64,000 nucleotides of DNA, from sequence record OK040907; one strand, 5' to 3'. The notes under the pieces are model-generated. The model was not told where the DNA came from. It ran no database searches and saw nothing but the letters and a program-made list of their open reading frames with translations. The stretch is from Enterobacteria phage Ac3. Made by a program: the position numbers and the translations under genes. Shown in pieces: positions 28,630-41,871 of the stretch. The first letter of the stretch is position 1. Every line of letters begins with the position of its first letter.

Positions 28630-28961
28630 AGTACGCCATACACCCTTTGTGCTTCAACTAATCCATCAAAATCTAATTTAAGATGCGATATTTGATCGCC
28701 ATCACCTGGATTCACAATTACTAATACTGAGCGAGGAGTTTCGGTAATAACACGAACCGATGTTTCAGGAAATCGTTCAGAAACCTTATTTACCAATTCC
28801 TGTGCAAATAGCTTAACTTTTTCTTGGAATTCTTTAACAGTAATCGGTTTTTCACTTAGCAGCATTTTGTTTTCCTCATTTGTTTGGTAGAGCCATAATA
28901 TCACAACTCTACCGTAAAGTAAACTATTAAATTGCTTTGAATTCTGCTGTCTGCGATTCAA
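28626..28961 (-). CDS. hypothetical protein (cd.x cluster)
   Basis: 111-aa ORF. Confidence 0.5.
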   Translation of the reverse strand: MNRRQQNSKQFNSLLYGRVVILWLYQTNEENKMLLSEKPITVKEFQEKVKLFAQELVNKVSERFPETSVRVITETPRSVLVIVNPGDGDQISHLKLDFDGLVEAQRVYGVL

Positions 28962-29232
28962 AACGAATATCGCCTTTGATAACTAACTCAGCATCAAGAC
29001 CGAATACTACAATGATATGCGCGGAACCTGGATACAGCGTAATGGCAACAGAATCCACCTGGTCTGGAAGCAAAGTGTTCAATACATGAGTCACTTGAGC
29101 ATGGATTCGAAGTTCGGCTGCGTTATCAAGCTTTTCAAACATATTATTAGCGATAATTTGACTAAACACTACTTCTACAATTTTAGAATAAGTCGGAAAC
29201 ATATTTACCTCACATAATTTTCTTCGAGCCAA
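28927..29232 (-). CDS. hypothetical protein (cd.x cluster)
   Basis: 101-aa ORF. Confidence 0.5.
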   Translation of the reverse strand: MARRKLCEVNMFPTYSKIVEVVFSQIIANNMFEKLDNAAELRIHAQVTHVLNTLLPDQVDSVAITLYPGSAHIIVVFGLDAELVIKGDIRFESQTAEFKAI

Positions 29233-29397
29233 TCAATAACATCCAACGCATTATCAAAAGTTGAACCATCTACTTTGTCTTCTGTTTCATAATCAAGAAC
29301 ATCTAGGCCTACTCTTCCATCAACAATAGGCCATAAACAAAACAGGTATTTCTTTTCTTTTTCAATTTTATCGCAAAGACGATAAATCTTTTCTATG

Positions 29398-29405
<8 letters not shown>
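29205..29405 (-). CDS. hypothetical protein (cd.x cluster)
   Basis: 66-aa ORF. Confidence 0.45.
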
Positions 29406-30795
<1,390 letters not shown>

Positions 30796-30799
<4 letters not shown>

Positions 30800-31026
30800 T
30801 TATTTTTCTCAACCAATGATTGAATATAATCATGCAGGTCTTTAGATGCTTTACCCCACTTATTTTGATATTCATTTTTGAGATTAGCGCGTGATTGAGC
30901 TAATAAAACATCATTAGTTGGAGGTAAAGATTCTAATCGTTGAATCTGTCGTCCATAAATCATTGCAGCCATCTCGGATTCATAAATTAATCCTTTTAGA
31001 TGTTCAAATTGATACCATGAAATCAT
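30796..31026 (-). CDS. hypothetical protein
   Basis: 76-aa AT-rich ORF. Confidence 0.5.
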
Positions 31027-31322
31027 TTACATTTATCCTCTTTTAGCTCTTGACGATAATAACATATCATAGTTTTCTGGTCATGTACATATCGTTTTAC
31101 ATCATTAAGCCAAATACGAAATTCCTGAGAATCTTCAAATGGCATACCTACCCAAGCTTTACCATCAATAACTTTAACTTGCCAAGATAGTTTAGCTTCG
31201 TCATATGACTTTATTTGCACAGGCCAATTAGGATGAACTGTTTCTTTCTTTACTTCTAGAGGCTTTGTCGAACAACCAACTAGAAGACCAATAGATAATA
31301 TTACTGCAGATAATTTAATCAT
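31023..31322 (-). CDS. predicted lipoprotein
   Basis: 99-aa ORF; signal peptide with lipobox LLVGC (MIKLSAVILSIGLLVGCSTKP). Confidence 0.55.
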   Translation of the reverse strand: MIKLSAVILSIGLLVGCSTKPLEVKKETVHPNWPVQIKSYDEAKLSWQVKVIDGKAWVGMPFEDSQEFRIWLNDVKRYVHDQKTMICYYRQELKEDKCK

Positions 31323-31672
31323 TTAGAAAGGTCCTGGATGTCTTCTGCGAACTTGTTGAAGGAGTTGTTGATTTGTTTTTCAACCAATCCTGGCTTACGA
31401 GCCACCACATCCGCCTTCTTTGCATCTTTGCGCAGTTTTTCATTTTCATGCTCAATAGCAGCAATCGCCTCACGATTTTTATTATTCATCGCATCAATAT
31501 AATTATACTGAATTCGCAAATTATTTAATGCTAAGGCGTTTTCATTGGCCGTTTTTGTAATTTCAGTAACTGATGTTTCTAATCTTTCTACCTTATTTTT
31601 TAAAATAATAGATGTTCCGCCAAATGCTATTACAAGTAATAGCAATCCAGCTGTAAAATTACTTACATGCAT
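31319..31672 (-). CDS. predicted membrane-anchored coiled-coil protein
   Basis: 117-aa ORF; N-terminal hydrophobic segment GLLLLVIAFGGTSIIL. Confidence 0.5.
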   Translation of the reverse strand: MHVSNFTAGLLLLVIAFGGTSIILKNKVERLETSVTEITKTANENALALNNLRIQYNYIDAMNNKNREAIAAIEHENEKLRKDAKKADVVARKPGLVEKQINNSFNKFAEDIQDLSK

Positions 31673-32169
31673 AAAGTTTTAATAACCTCTATAATATCGT
31701 CTTGAGAAAGACCGTTAATTAAAATATGATGTTCAACCGGAGATTTAGAAATTTTAAAGCACGCCGCAACATCTTCTGCCATATCCGATGCGCTACGATT
31801 TGGATTACTAATTCCAAGACGATGCTTTCCCGTCAAAGGATTAACGATGATATAGCATTTGCAGCTATTGATGTGAACATTAGGTTGAGTCTGATTAATG
31901 AATACTTCACAATCGTATTTCGCAAACTGATTTTCTAAAAAGACTTTCATCTCCTCAACCGCATCAGGAAGCATATCACGGGCTTGCTCAAGACGACGAT
32001 TTCGATATTCTTTAATGGTCGTTTTCCGCTTGACTTGCTTAGCTAAATCTTTCTTAAGATCGGTGATATATCCAACTCGACGATTTCCTTTGAATACAGA
32101 AATCCCATCTGTAGTATCACCGTATGCTTCAACGACCATTTCAGTAGTAATAAGCTGCAAATCCATCAT
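31663..32169 (-). CDS. alc: Alc, inhibitor of host transcription
   Basis: 168-aa ORF (T4 Alc 167 aa) next to rnlA; early promoter upstream. Confidence 0.7.
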   Translation of the reverse strand: MMDLQLITTEMVVEAYGDTTDGISVFKGNRRVGYITDLKKDLAKQVKRKTTIKEYRNRRLEQARDMLPDAVEEMKVFLENQFAKYDCEVFINQTQPNVHINSCKCYIIVNPLTGKHRLGISNPNRSASDMAEDVAACFKISKSPVEHHILINGLSQDDIIEVIKTLCM

Positions 32170-32197
32170 AAAGTCCTCATGTTATGTCAGTAAGACT

Positions 32198-32227
32198 ACT
32201 ATAACACAACATGAGGGACTTGTAAAC
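32198..32227 (-). promoter_or_regulatory. T4-type early promoter (GTTTAC, 18-nt spacer, TATAGT)
   Basis: identical to the promoter at 16921..16950; within exact 54-bp repeat. Confidence 0.7.
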
Positions 32228-32230
32228 AGC

Positions 32231-33818
<1,588 letters not shown>

Positions 33819-33845
33819 AATAAAATGGGCCTTGCGGCCCACTCC

Positions 33846-35024
33846 TTAAAAGTATTTTTTAAAACTCATCATAACTTTATCATCAACATCATTATCAATC
33901 TGTGCAACAAGATAAGATGACAGTTCTACTTCTTGCGGCGCGGATTGAACATTATCAGAATTAAGGTATTCACGAATCCAAGGATATGGATGTTTAACCG
34001 GAGCATCGGTAATCGGGCATGGAAGACCACACTGTTTCATACGAGATACAGTTAAGTAATCAATAAAGCTCCACATGCTATTTGTATTTAATCCAGGAAC
34101 ATCGCCATCTTTAAATAAATGAACTGCCCAATCTTTTTCTTGGCGGTTAACTTCCATGAAAATATCAACTGCTTCTTGTTCACACTCTTTGGCAATTTTA
34201 ACCCATTCATCACCATCAGTGCCAAGTTGAAGTTGACGAATAATATATTGTGTACCTTTAAGATGAAGCTGCTCATCACGTGCAATGAACTTCATAATCT
34301 TGGCATTACCTTCCATGATTTCCATGTTTTTATGGAAGTTAAAGGTACACGCAAAGGATACATAAAAACGAATAGCTTCTAATGCATTAATAACGTGCAA
34401 ACAGAGGTAAAGAGAGCGCATTAGTTCACGTTTCCAATACATTTCATGCTCTATGGCATCTTTAATATCATCTTCGTCTGCGTTAATTTCTTTTTGGTAC
34501 TCAATATCAGCTTTAGCATTCTGCCAATATCTAGTTTTCTCAATAACATCATCATAATAACGACCAATAGATTCAGCACGTTTCATGATAGCTTTATCTA
34601 ATACAATCTCATCAAATACCTTTGACGGATCAGTATAAAGATTTCGCATAATATGAGTGTATGAACGACTGTGAATAGTTTCACTAAAAGTCCATGTAGC
34701 AACCCATGTATCAAGGCTTGGGTCTGAAATCAATGACATAAGTACAGCAGACGGTGCACGACCCTGAATGCTATCCAGAAGTGATTGATACTTCAGATTA
34801 TTAGTAAAAATATTCTGCTGATATTGAGGAAGCTTATTAAACTGTGCAGCATCCATCATTAAGTTTACTTCTTCAGGACGCCAGAAAAATGACAACTGCT
34901 TTTCGGTTAAATCTTCAAAAACTTTATGACGTTGAATATCATAACGCGCAATACCAAGACCTGAACCAAAAAACATAGGTTCTTTTAAAACATCAACTGG
35001 ATTTGTATTAAAAACTGTGCTCAT
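33846..35024 (-). CDS. nrdB: ribonucleotide reductase beta subunit (uninterrupted)
   Basis: 392-aa continuous ORF with ferritin-like diiron ligand spacing; no intron-sized interruption. Confidence 0.9.
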   Translation of the reverse strand: MSTVFNTNPVDVLKEPMFFGSGLGIARYDIQRHKVFEDLTEKQLSFFWRPEEVNLMMDAAQFNKLPQYQQNIFTNNLKYQSLLDSIQGRAPSAVLMSLISDPSLDTWVATWTFSETIHSRSYTHIMRNLYTDPSKVFDEIVLDKAIMKRAESIGRYYDDVIEKTRYWQNAKADIEYQKEINADEDDIKDAIEHEMYWKRELMRSLYLCLHVINALEAIRFYVSFACTFNFHKNMEIMEGNAKIMKFIARDEQLHLKGTQYIIRQLQLGTDGDEWVKIAKECEQEAVDIFMEVNRQEKDWAVHLFKDGDVPGLNTNSMWSFIDYLTVSRMKQCGLPCPITDAPVKHPYPWIREYLNSDNVQSAPQEVELSSYLVAQIDNDVDDKVMMSFKKYF

Positions 35025-35075
35025 AAATTTTCCGCTTAGTTAATAGTTGGTGACTCGTCCGTGAGTCAAATTATA

Positions 35076-37340
35076 TCATAATTTACAGGATGAACAATCT
35101 TCAGCTTTTGGAGTTTCTATTTCATAATCATCAGTACCAGAACCATCACGGGTATTATGATAATAGAAATTTTTTCCGCCAAAATACCAAAAATACAAAA
35201 GGTCATCAATCATTATTGACATTGGAACCTTTCCTTTTGGAAAAATCTGCGGGTCATAATATGTATTCGCTGAAGCTGATTGACATACCCATTTCAGCAT
35301 AATAGCTACCTGCGTAAGATAAGGTTTATTACCTTTCTTAGCTAATTTCCATGTATAATCATATAGGTCTATGTTATGTTCAATATTGGGCACGACTTGA
35401 TTAAAGGAACCCTCTTTTGATTCTTTAACAGAGACTGGTCCACGTGGAGGCTCGATACCGTTTGTACTGTTAGAAACTTGGGAAGATGACTCACATGGCA
35501 TAAGTGCTGATAGTGTGCTATTACGGATGCCAAAGAGCTTAAGGTCTTCCCGCAGCGACGACCAGTCACAAACGTATTTTGGAGCTGCGATTTGGTCAAT
35601 CTTTTTATTGTACCAGTCGATAGGTAATTCGCCTCGAGACCAACGAGTGTCTGAATAATATTCGCAAGGTCCTTTTTCTTTGGCGAGCTTAATGGATGCT
35701 TTAATGAGTCCATACTGTAATCTCTCAAATAGTTCATGTGTTAAATCGTTAGCATCTTCATAAGAAGCAAAGTTACTTGCCAACCAAGCTGCATAGTTAG
35801 TAACACCTACACCGAGGTTACGACGCTTTTTAGCTTTTTCTGCTTCAGGAACTGGATATCCTTGGTAATCCAAAAGATTATCAAGAGCACGAACCTGGAC
35901 TTCTGCCAATTCATTAATTTTATCTTGGTCTTGCCAGTCAAAATTATCCAGTACGAATGCAGAGAGAGTACACAATCCAATTTCAGCATCAGGACTATTC
36001 ACATCATTTGTTGGAATAGCAATTTCACAGCACAAGTTACTCTGACGAATAGGTGCCTTTTCACGAATAAACGGAGTATAGTTATTCGTATTATCAATGA
36101 ACTGTACATAAATCCTTGCTGTTCCTGAGCGTTCAGTCATGAGCAATTCAAATAGTTCACGAGCTTTAATACGCTTTTTACGAATATTAGGGTCTTTTTC
36201 TGCTGCTTCGTATAATTCACGGAAACGGTCTTGGTCTTTAAAATAAGAATAATAAAGCTCTCCGCCCATTTCATGGGGACTGAACAAAGTAATGTAATCG
36301 TTCTTTCCAAAACGTTCCATCATCAAATCATTCAGTTGAACACCATAATCCATATGACGAATGCGGTTTTCTTCTACGCCTTTGTTATTTTTCAAAACAA
36401 GAAGATTTTCAACTTCCAAATGCCAAATAGGATAATAAGCAGTAGCAGCGCCGCCACGAATTCCACCCTGTGAGCATGATTTAACAGCAGTCTGAAAATG
36501 TTTCCAAAAAGGAATAACACCAGTATGGCGTACTTCACCCATGCCAATCTTAGAACCTTCAGCACGAATCATACCAACGTTAATACCAATTCCAGCGCGT
36601 TTAGAGATATATTCAACAATTGAAGCGGAAGCCTTATTGATAGACTTTAATGAATCACCTGCCTCAATAACAACGCATGAACTAAACTGCCGAGTTGGAG
36701 TACGGCAACCAGCCATAATAGGAGTTGGTAATGAAATCTGTCGAGTAGATACCGCTTCATAAAAACGGATAACATGTTTTAATCTATCAGCAGGTTCATC
36801 TTGATGCAATGCCATTCCAATAGTCATAAATGCAAACTGTGGAGTTTCATAAATTTGACCAGTGGTTTTATCTTTAACTAGATATTTTTCTTTTAATTGC
36901 ATCGCCCCGGAATAAGTAAATTCCATATCCCGCTCGTGCTTAATTTTTGATTCTAAAAATGTAATTTCTTCTGCTGAATATTTTGACAATAATTCAGGGT
37001 CATATTTACCTTCATTTACACAGTAAGAAATATGGTCAATAAATGAACGTGGTTCATACTGCCCATAAACATGCTTACGAAGAGCAAACATTAAACAGCG
37101 TGCAGCTACATATTGATAATCAGGTTCTTCAACCGAAATAGAATTCGCAGCGGCCTTAATGACAATAGTCTGAATATCATCAGTTGTCATTCCATCACGG
37201 AGATAAGATTTAATATTTTCATATAATTCATAAGGATCTACTGATGTTCCTTCAGCTGCCCAAGATAAAACTTTAATAATTTTTTGTGGGTCAAAGCTCT
37301 GAGAAACACCACTACTTTTGATAACATTAATTAATTGCAT
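35076..37340 (-). CDS. nrdA: ribonucleotide reductase alpha subunit
   Basis: 754-aa ORF (T4 NrdA length); active-site region NLCCEI and C-terminal redox cysteines. Confidence 0.93.
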   Translation of the reverse strand: MQLINVIKSSGVSQSFDPQKIIKVLSWAAEGTSVDPYELYENIKSYLRDGMTTDDIQTIVIKAAANSISVEEPDYQYVAARCLMFALRKHVYGQYEPRSFIDHISYCVNEGKYDPELLSKYSAEEITFLESKIKHERDMEFTYSGAMQLKEKYLVKDKTTGQIYETPQFAFMTIGMALHQDEPADRLKHVIRFYEAVSTRQISLPTPIMAGCRTPTRQFSSCVVIEAGDSLKSINKASASIVEYISKRAGIGINVGMIRAEGSKIGMGEVRHTGVIPFWKHFQTAVKSCSQGGIRGGAATAYYPIWHLEVENLLVLKNNKGVEENRIRHMDYGVQLNDLMMERFGKNDYITLFSPHEMGGELYYSYFKDQDRFRELYEAAEKDPNIRKKRIKARELFELLMTERSGTARIYVQFIDNTNNYTPFIREKAPIRQSNLCCEIAIPTNDVNSPDAEIGLCTLSAFVLDNFDWQDQDKINELAEVQVRALDNLLDYQGYPVPEAEKAKKRRNLGVGVTNYAAWLASNFASYEDANDLTHELFERLQYGLIKASIKLAKEKGPCEYYSDTRWSRGELPIDWYNKKIDQIAAPKYVCDWSSLREDLKLFGIRNSTLSALMPCESSSQVSNSTNGIEPPRGPVSVKESKEGSFNQVVPNIEHNIDLYDYTWKLAKKGNKPYLTQVAIMLKWVCQSASANTYYDPQIFPKGKVPMSIMIDDLLYFWYFGGKNFYYHNTRDGSGTDDYEIETPKAEDCSSCKL

Positions 37341-37657
37341 AAGTCCTCAACTTGAAAATCGTCTTTAAACAATCGGTTAACTATATGAGCTATTATATCA
37401 CCATGACACGGCTTTGGTTTACATGTGCATCCTAGCCTCATTCCACGTAAAGGCTCTAAATGTGCTTTAGTTATTTCTCCGGATTTAATTCGACGTATAA
37501 AATCTTTTTTGAATAATTCAATGGCAGCCTCCCGGCTGCCAGCATCTTTACCGACGTAATTTCCCCAAAATGTACCACGGTGAATATTAACATCAAAGTC
37601 GGATTTATATTTATTCACTACTCGGCATATACGGCCTGCGCGGTTGTAAGTGTTCAT
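37331..37657 (-). CDS. hypothetical protein (nrdA.x-like)
   Basis: 108-aa ORF between td and nrdA; conserved [11 protein letters not shown] stretch. Confidence 0.55.
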   Translation of the reverse strand: MNTYNRAGRICRVVNKYKSDFDVNIHRGTFWGNYVGKDAGSREAAIELFKKDFIRRIKSGEITKAHLEPLRGMRLGCTCKPKPCHGDIIAHIVNRLFKDDFQVEDLCN

Positions 37658-37886
37658 ATTGTTCTTCCGTTAAAACAGTAATATCGTAGTAACAGTCAGA
37701 AGAAGTTTTAACTGTGGAAATTTTATTATCAAAATACTCACGAGTCATTTTATGAGTATAATATTTTTTGCCATAAATGATAATAGGCTGATTTGGTCCT
37801 GGAACTTCTAACTCACTTGGATTAGGAAGTGTAAAAAGAACTACACCAGAAGTATCTTTAAATCGTAAAATCATATATCCTCGCAA
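37611..37886 (-). CDS. hypothetical protein (nrdA.x-like)
   Basis: 91-aa ORF between td and nrdA. Confidence 0.5.
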   Translation of the reverse strand: MRGYMILRFKDTSGVVLFTLPNPSELEVPGPNQPIIIYGKKYYTHKMTREYFDNKISTVKTSSDCYYDITVLTEEQYEHLQPRRPYMPSSE

Positions 37887-37894
37887 TAATAAAA

Positions 37895-38755
37895 TTACAC
37901 CGCCATCTTTCCTTTAATAGGAGGATGTGATTCATAGTTGTTAAGAACAAAATTATGAGGCTTTGCAAATTGACTCAACCAAAATACCTGCGATTCTGTG
38001 TCCCATTCATCAAATTCATCTGGAAATTTTAATTGTAATTCGCATAAATCCATAGGTTCACGACATAAAATTTCTTTACATTGTTCTACGTGATTCATAT
38101 AGATATGAGTATTACCACCAGAAAATATCAAATCTCCCGGAATAAGATTACACATCTTAGCTACAATATGAACTAACGTAGCATATGATGCAATATTAAA
38201 TGGAAGACCGAGGAAAACATCTACCGAACGTTGATACCACTGAAGGTCAAGGTATCCATTACGCACATTAAACTGATAGAACATATGACAAGGCGGTAAT
38301 GCCATATATTTAAGTTCAGCTGGATTCCACGCAGAAACAATTTGACGCCTATCATTTGGCAGTTTTTTAATACGATCAATAACTTCTATAATTTGATCTA
38401 CACCGCCAAAATCACGCCACTGTTTTCCATAAATTGGACCAAGTTCACCGCTATGGTATCCTAAATCTTTTGCTTGATTTTCGTAATTTTCATCCCAGAC
38501 TGTTTTGCCTTGAATTAATGAATCATGTTGAATTAATCGCAAATCATTGACATTTGTGCTTCCTGATAAAAACCATATTAGCTCAGCAATGCATGCATTC
38601 CAGGCGAGCTTTTTAGTTGTTACTGCAGGAAAACCTTTGGTTAAATCCCAACGCAATTTAGTACCGAACAAAGCAATTGTTCCTGTGCCCGTTCGGTCAT
38701 CGGTTTCATAGCCATTTTCAAAAATGTCTTTAATTAAATCTTGGTATTGTTTCAT
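37895..38755 (-). CDS. td: thymidylate synthase (uninterrupted)
   Basis: 286-aa continuous ORF (T4 Td length); active-site region LPPCH; no intron-sized gap. Confidence 0.93.
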   Translation of the reverse strand: MKQYQDLIKDIFENGYETDDRTGTGTIALFGTKLRWDLTKGFPAVTTKKLAWNACIAELIWFLSGSTNVNDLRLIQHDSLIQGKTVWDENYENQAKDLGYHSGELGPIYGKQWRDFGGVDQIIEVIDRIKKLPNDRRQIVSAWNPAELKYMALPPCHMFYQFNVRNGYLDLQWYQRSVDVFLGLPFNIASYATLVHIVAKMCNLIPGDLIFSGGNTHIYMNHVEQCKEILCREPMDLCELQLKFPDEFDEWDTESQVFWLSQFAKPHNFVLNNYESHPPIKGKMAV

Positions 38756-38800
38756 TTAGTACCTTATATAAATTATAATACATTTTATGAAGCTAAATAA

Positions 38801-39148
38801 TCAATACGGTTTAGCATCAAATTTTCTCCCAATTTCAGGCGTGAAATATAATTCTTTACCGCGTTTGGAAAAGCGACCAATAATATGATAATTATTCTCA
38901 TCAAACGTGATATTACCAATATCCATAGCTTTCAACCAAATATCGATATTTCTATCCAGCTTTATGTCAAAATTCCAATACGGAGAACTATTACCGAAAA
39001 TACTACAAGCGGATTCAGTGAAACAACTGCTATAAATCTTGTCTTTAGGAACTACTAATTGATAGACACCTTTAATAAACTGAGGACCCTGCCACTTTGG
39101 CTGTTTCTCATCTTTTTCTAATAGAATAGGGTAATAATTAAAATTCAT
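38801..39148 (-). CDS. hypothetical protein inserted between frd and td
   Basis: 115-aa AT-rich ORF occupying the frd-td junction. Confidence 0.55.
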   Translation of the reverse strand: MNFNYYPILLEKDEKQPKWQGPQFIKGVYQLVVPKDKIYSSCFTESACSIFGNSSPYWNFDIKLDRNIDIWLKAMDIGNITFDENNYHIIGRFSKRGKELYFTPEIGRKFDAKPY

Positions 39149-39167
39149 ATTTCCGCCGCGCGTTATT

Positions 39168-40126
<959 letters not shown>

Positions 40127-40179
40127 TTTTTAAAGCATTGCATAATAGAATTCATCATTCATAAACTCAAATACAAAAA

Positions 40180-40539
40180 TTATATTATCTCCCATCGAAA
40201 AGGGTCAGGAGCATATCCGATAGAGTTAATCATTTTAACTAAAGTTACCATTCCTTTGTTAACTGCTTGTGCGATTTCATCAAAAACTTCATCGCTATCA
40301 TCATAAAGGTCATTAAAAAGTTCTAACACGTTCTTCTGAACTTTTAATTTATGACCAACAATCTCGCCTACAGTAAATTCGTTTCCGCCGATTCCAGTGT
40401 AAAACGTAATTACACCAGTTAACAGACTTTCGCGAGAATCTAGGTCATGTGATAAATTAATATAAGCCATCCCGGGTGCAGTTTTAAGTTGGCAACGAAT
40501 TCTTACTTGGGTAATTCCGGTTACATGAATGTCGGACAT
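40180..40539 (-). CDS. hypothetical protein (frd.x-like)
   Basis: ORF track 40180..40680; start moved to MSDIHVTG (119 aa) preceded by AAGGAAAA; upstream part of the track ORF overlaps the neighbouring GC-rich gene out of frame. Confidence 0.55.
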   Translation of the reverse strand: MSDIHVTGITQVRIRCQLKTAPGMAYINLSHDLDSRESLLTGVITFYTGIGGNEFTVGEIVGHKLKVQKNVLELFNDLYDDSDEVFDEIAQAVNKGMVTLVKMINSIGYAPDPFRWEII

Positions 40540-40549
40540 ATTATTTTCC

Positions 40550-40789
40550 TTAAGCTTTCTTGGCAACTTTCCAGTCAGCTTTGAACTGATCGACGTCGCT
40601 GTGATGGATCCAGAAGCCGGAGCTGGAACCGTCTTCATAGAGTGGGCAACCGTCACATTCATCTTCCCAACCCATATCACGCAGGAGATGTTCTGCCTTT
40701 TCGATCAGCTCGGAATCTTTACCAATGATGTTGAAGTACCATTTGCCGCGTACTTCAGAGTCTTTAATGGACTGACGCTGCAGACGCAT
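40550..40789 (-). CDS. small GC-rich early protein with CxxC-like pair
   Basis: ORF track 40550..40879 (TTG start); real start taken as ATG at 40789 preceded by GAGGAG and an early promoter; 79 aa, E. coli-like codons. Confidence 0.55.
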   Translation of the reverse strand: MRLQRQSIKDSEVRGKWYFNIIGKDSELIEKAEHLLRDMGWEDECDGCPLYEDGSSSGFWIHHSDVDQFKADWKVAKKA

Positions 40790-40816
40790 TTTATTCTCCT
40801 CAAGTTGATAGGGTAA

Positions 40817-40846
40817 TAGTATCACACTACTACCCTGTTGTAAACA
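40817..40846 (-). promoter_or_regulatory. T4-type early promoter (GTTTAC, 18-nt spacer, TACTAT)
   Basis: minus strand GTTTACaacagggtagtagtgtgaTACTAT then ACCCTATCAACT initial region. Confidence 0.65.
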
Positions 40847-40847
40847 A

Positions 40848-41150
40848 TTATTTTTGAATTTTATCGAGCCACTTACCAAGCTTAATCATTTCTTTAGTAG
40901 CCTTTTCCATACTTCTGAACTTAACCAATAGAGGATAGGTATCGACACCCATAACTAAACTGGTTACAAGACTGTGTTCACCCACAAGCCATAACGAATA
41001 CGTTTGAATATCGAGTCCGTAATTTCTGTCTTTATGGACCCGTACACCCATCACTTCAAATTTCTCACTAGCTTTTTCTACCGCATCCAGGAAATCATCT
41101 TTAGTCATATTAGGCCTTAAAAGTTTTTCGCAAAAGTTCAATGATTTCAT
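40848..41150 (-). CDS. hypothetical protein
   Basis: 100-aa ORF (start may be the internal ATG at 41108). Confidence 0.5.
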   Translation of the reverse strand: MKSLNFCEKLLRPNMTKDDFLDAVEKASEKFEVMGVRVHKDRNYGLDIQTYSLWLVGEHSLVTSLVMGVDTYPLLVKFRSMEKATKEMIKLGKWLDKIQK

Positions 41151-41496
41151 CTACATTGTTTTCGTCAACAATGCAGTGAATTTTTGTTACGCCAGAAACT
41201 ATACCTTCATTAGCGGATTGAGGCTTTTCTAAAGTTACCTCAGTAAAGTATTTGAATTCTTCAGAGTAAATCTCAAAATACGTCTCAAGTGGGCCACCCG
41301 CCATGTATTCAGTACCATCTTCCATAGTTACACGTACCACACATTCACCAGCACAATCATCACTTTCCATTTCATCTACAACAAAACTAGGTCCGTGCTT
41401 CTCTATTAAATTTAGCATCATTACATTGCAACGGCACTCGTTAGCAAAGTCATTTTTAAATAAAGGGTTAATGATATAAGTTTTTCCAACTTCCAC
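41110..41496 (-). CDS. hypothetical acidic protein
   Basis: 128-aa ORF. Confidence 0.5.
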   Translation of the reverse strand: MEVGKTYIINPLFKNDFANECRCNVMMLNLIEKHGPSFVVDEMESDDCAGECVVRVTMEDGTEYMAGGPLETYFEIYSEEFKYFTEVTLEKPQSANEGIVSGVTKIHCIVDENNVDEIIELLRKTFKA

Positions 41497-41542
41497 TTTG
41501 ATTTCCTCATTTTAACGGGGCTATCAAATAGCCCCTTGATAA

Positions 41543-41773
41543 TTACTGTTCGATGAGACCCATGTAGAATTCCGCATCTTCGGAGTCCATACCGTCGCAG
41601 TATTCGTTAGCCATGAAGCGGGTCAGGTCCTCCAGTGGACCCTCAATAACAATGCTAAAGTTACAATAGTTCGGGTCATCATGGATGGAAGTAATAGACA
41701 GCTCCGGGTAACGGTTGCGGATAATTTCCTCGATGTATTCGAAATCAACGATGTCGATGTCTACTTTAGCCAT
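41543..41773 (-). CDS. small GC-rich acidic early protein
   Basis: ORF track 41543..41836; start moved to MAKVDIDIV (76 aa) preceded by AAGAGGAA and an early promoter. Confidence 0.55.
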   Translation of the reverse strand: MAKVDIDIVDFEYIEEIIRNRYPELSITSIHDDPNYCNFSIVIEGPLEDLTRFMANEYCDGMDSEDAEFYMGLIEQ

Positions 41774-41816
41774 ATTATTTTCCTCTTTGATCATCAGCAG
41801 TATTGCCGATAGTTGT

Positions 41817-41846
41817 ATAGTACCATGGAAGGACAAGGATGTAAAC
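41817..41846 (-). promoter_or_regulatory. T4-type early promoter (GTTTAC, 18-nt spacer, TACTAT)
   Basis: minus strand GTTTACatccttgtccttccatggTACTATAcaactatc; adjacent to the gene 32 terminator hairpin. Confidence 0.65.
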
Positions 41847-41871
41847 AGTTTTGTGAAAAAATTTTTGAAAT

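Noticed and set aside
40680-40879. N-terminal extensions of ORF-track entries 40180..40680 and 40550..40879
   Set aside because: The extensions read through a neighbouring gene or an early promoter and start at TTG or a poorly placed ATG; internal ATGs with Shine-Dalgarno sequences give compact, non-overlapping genes.
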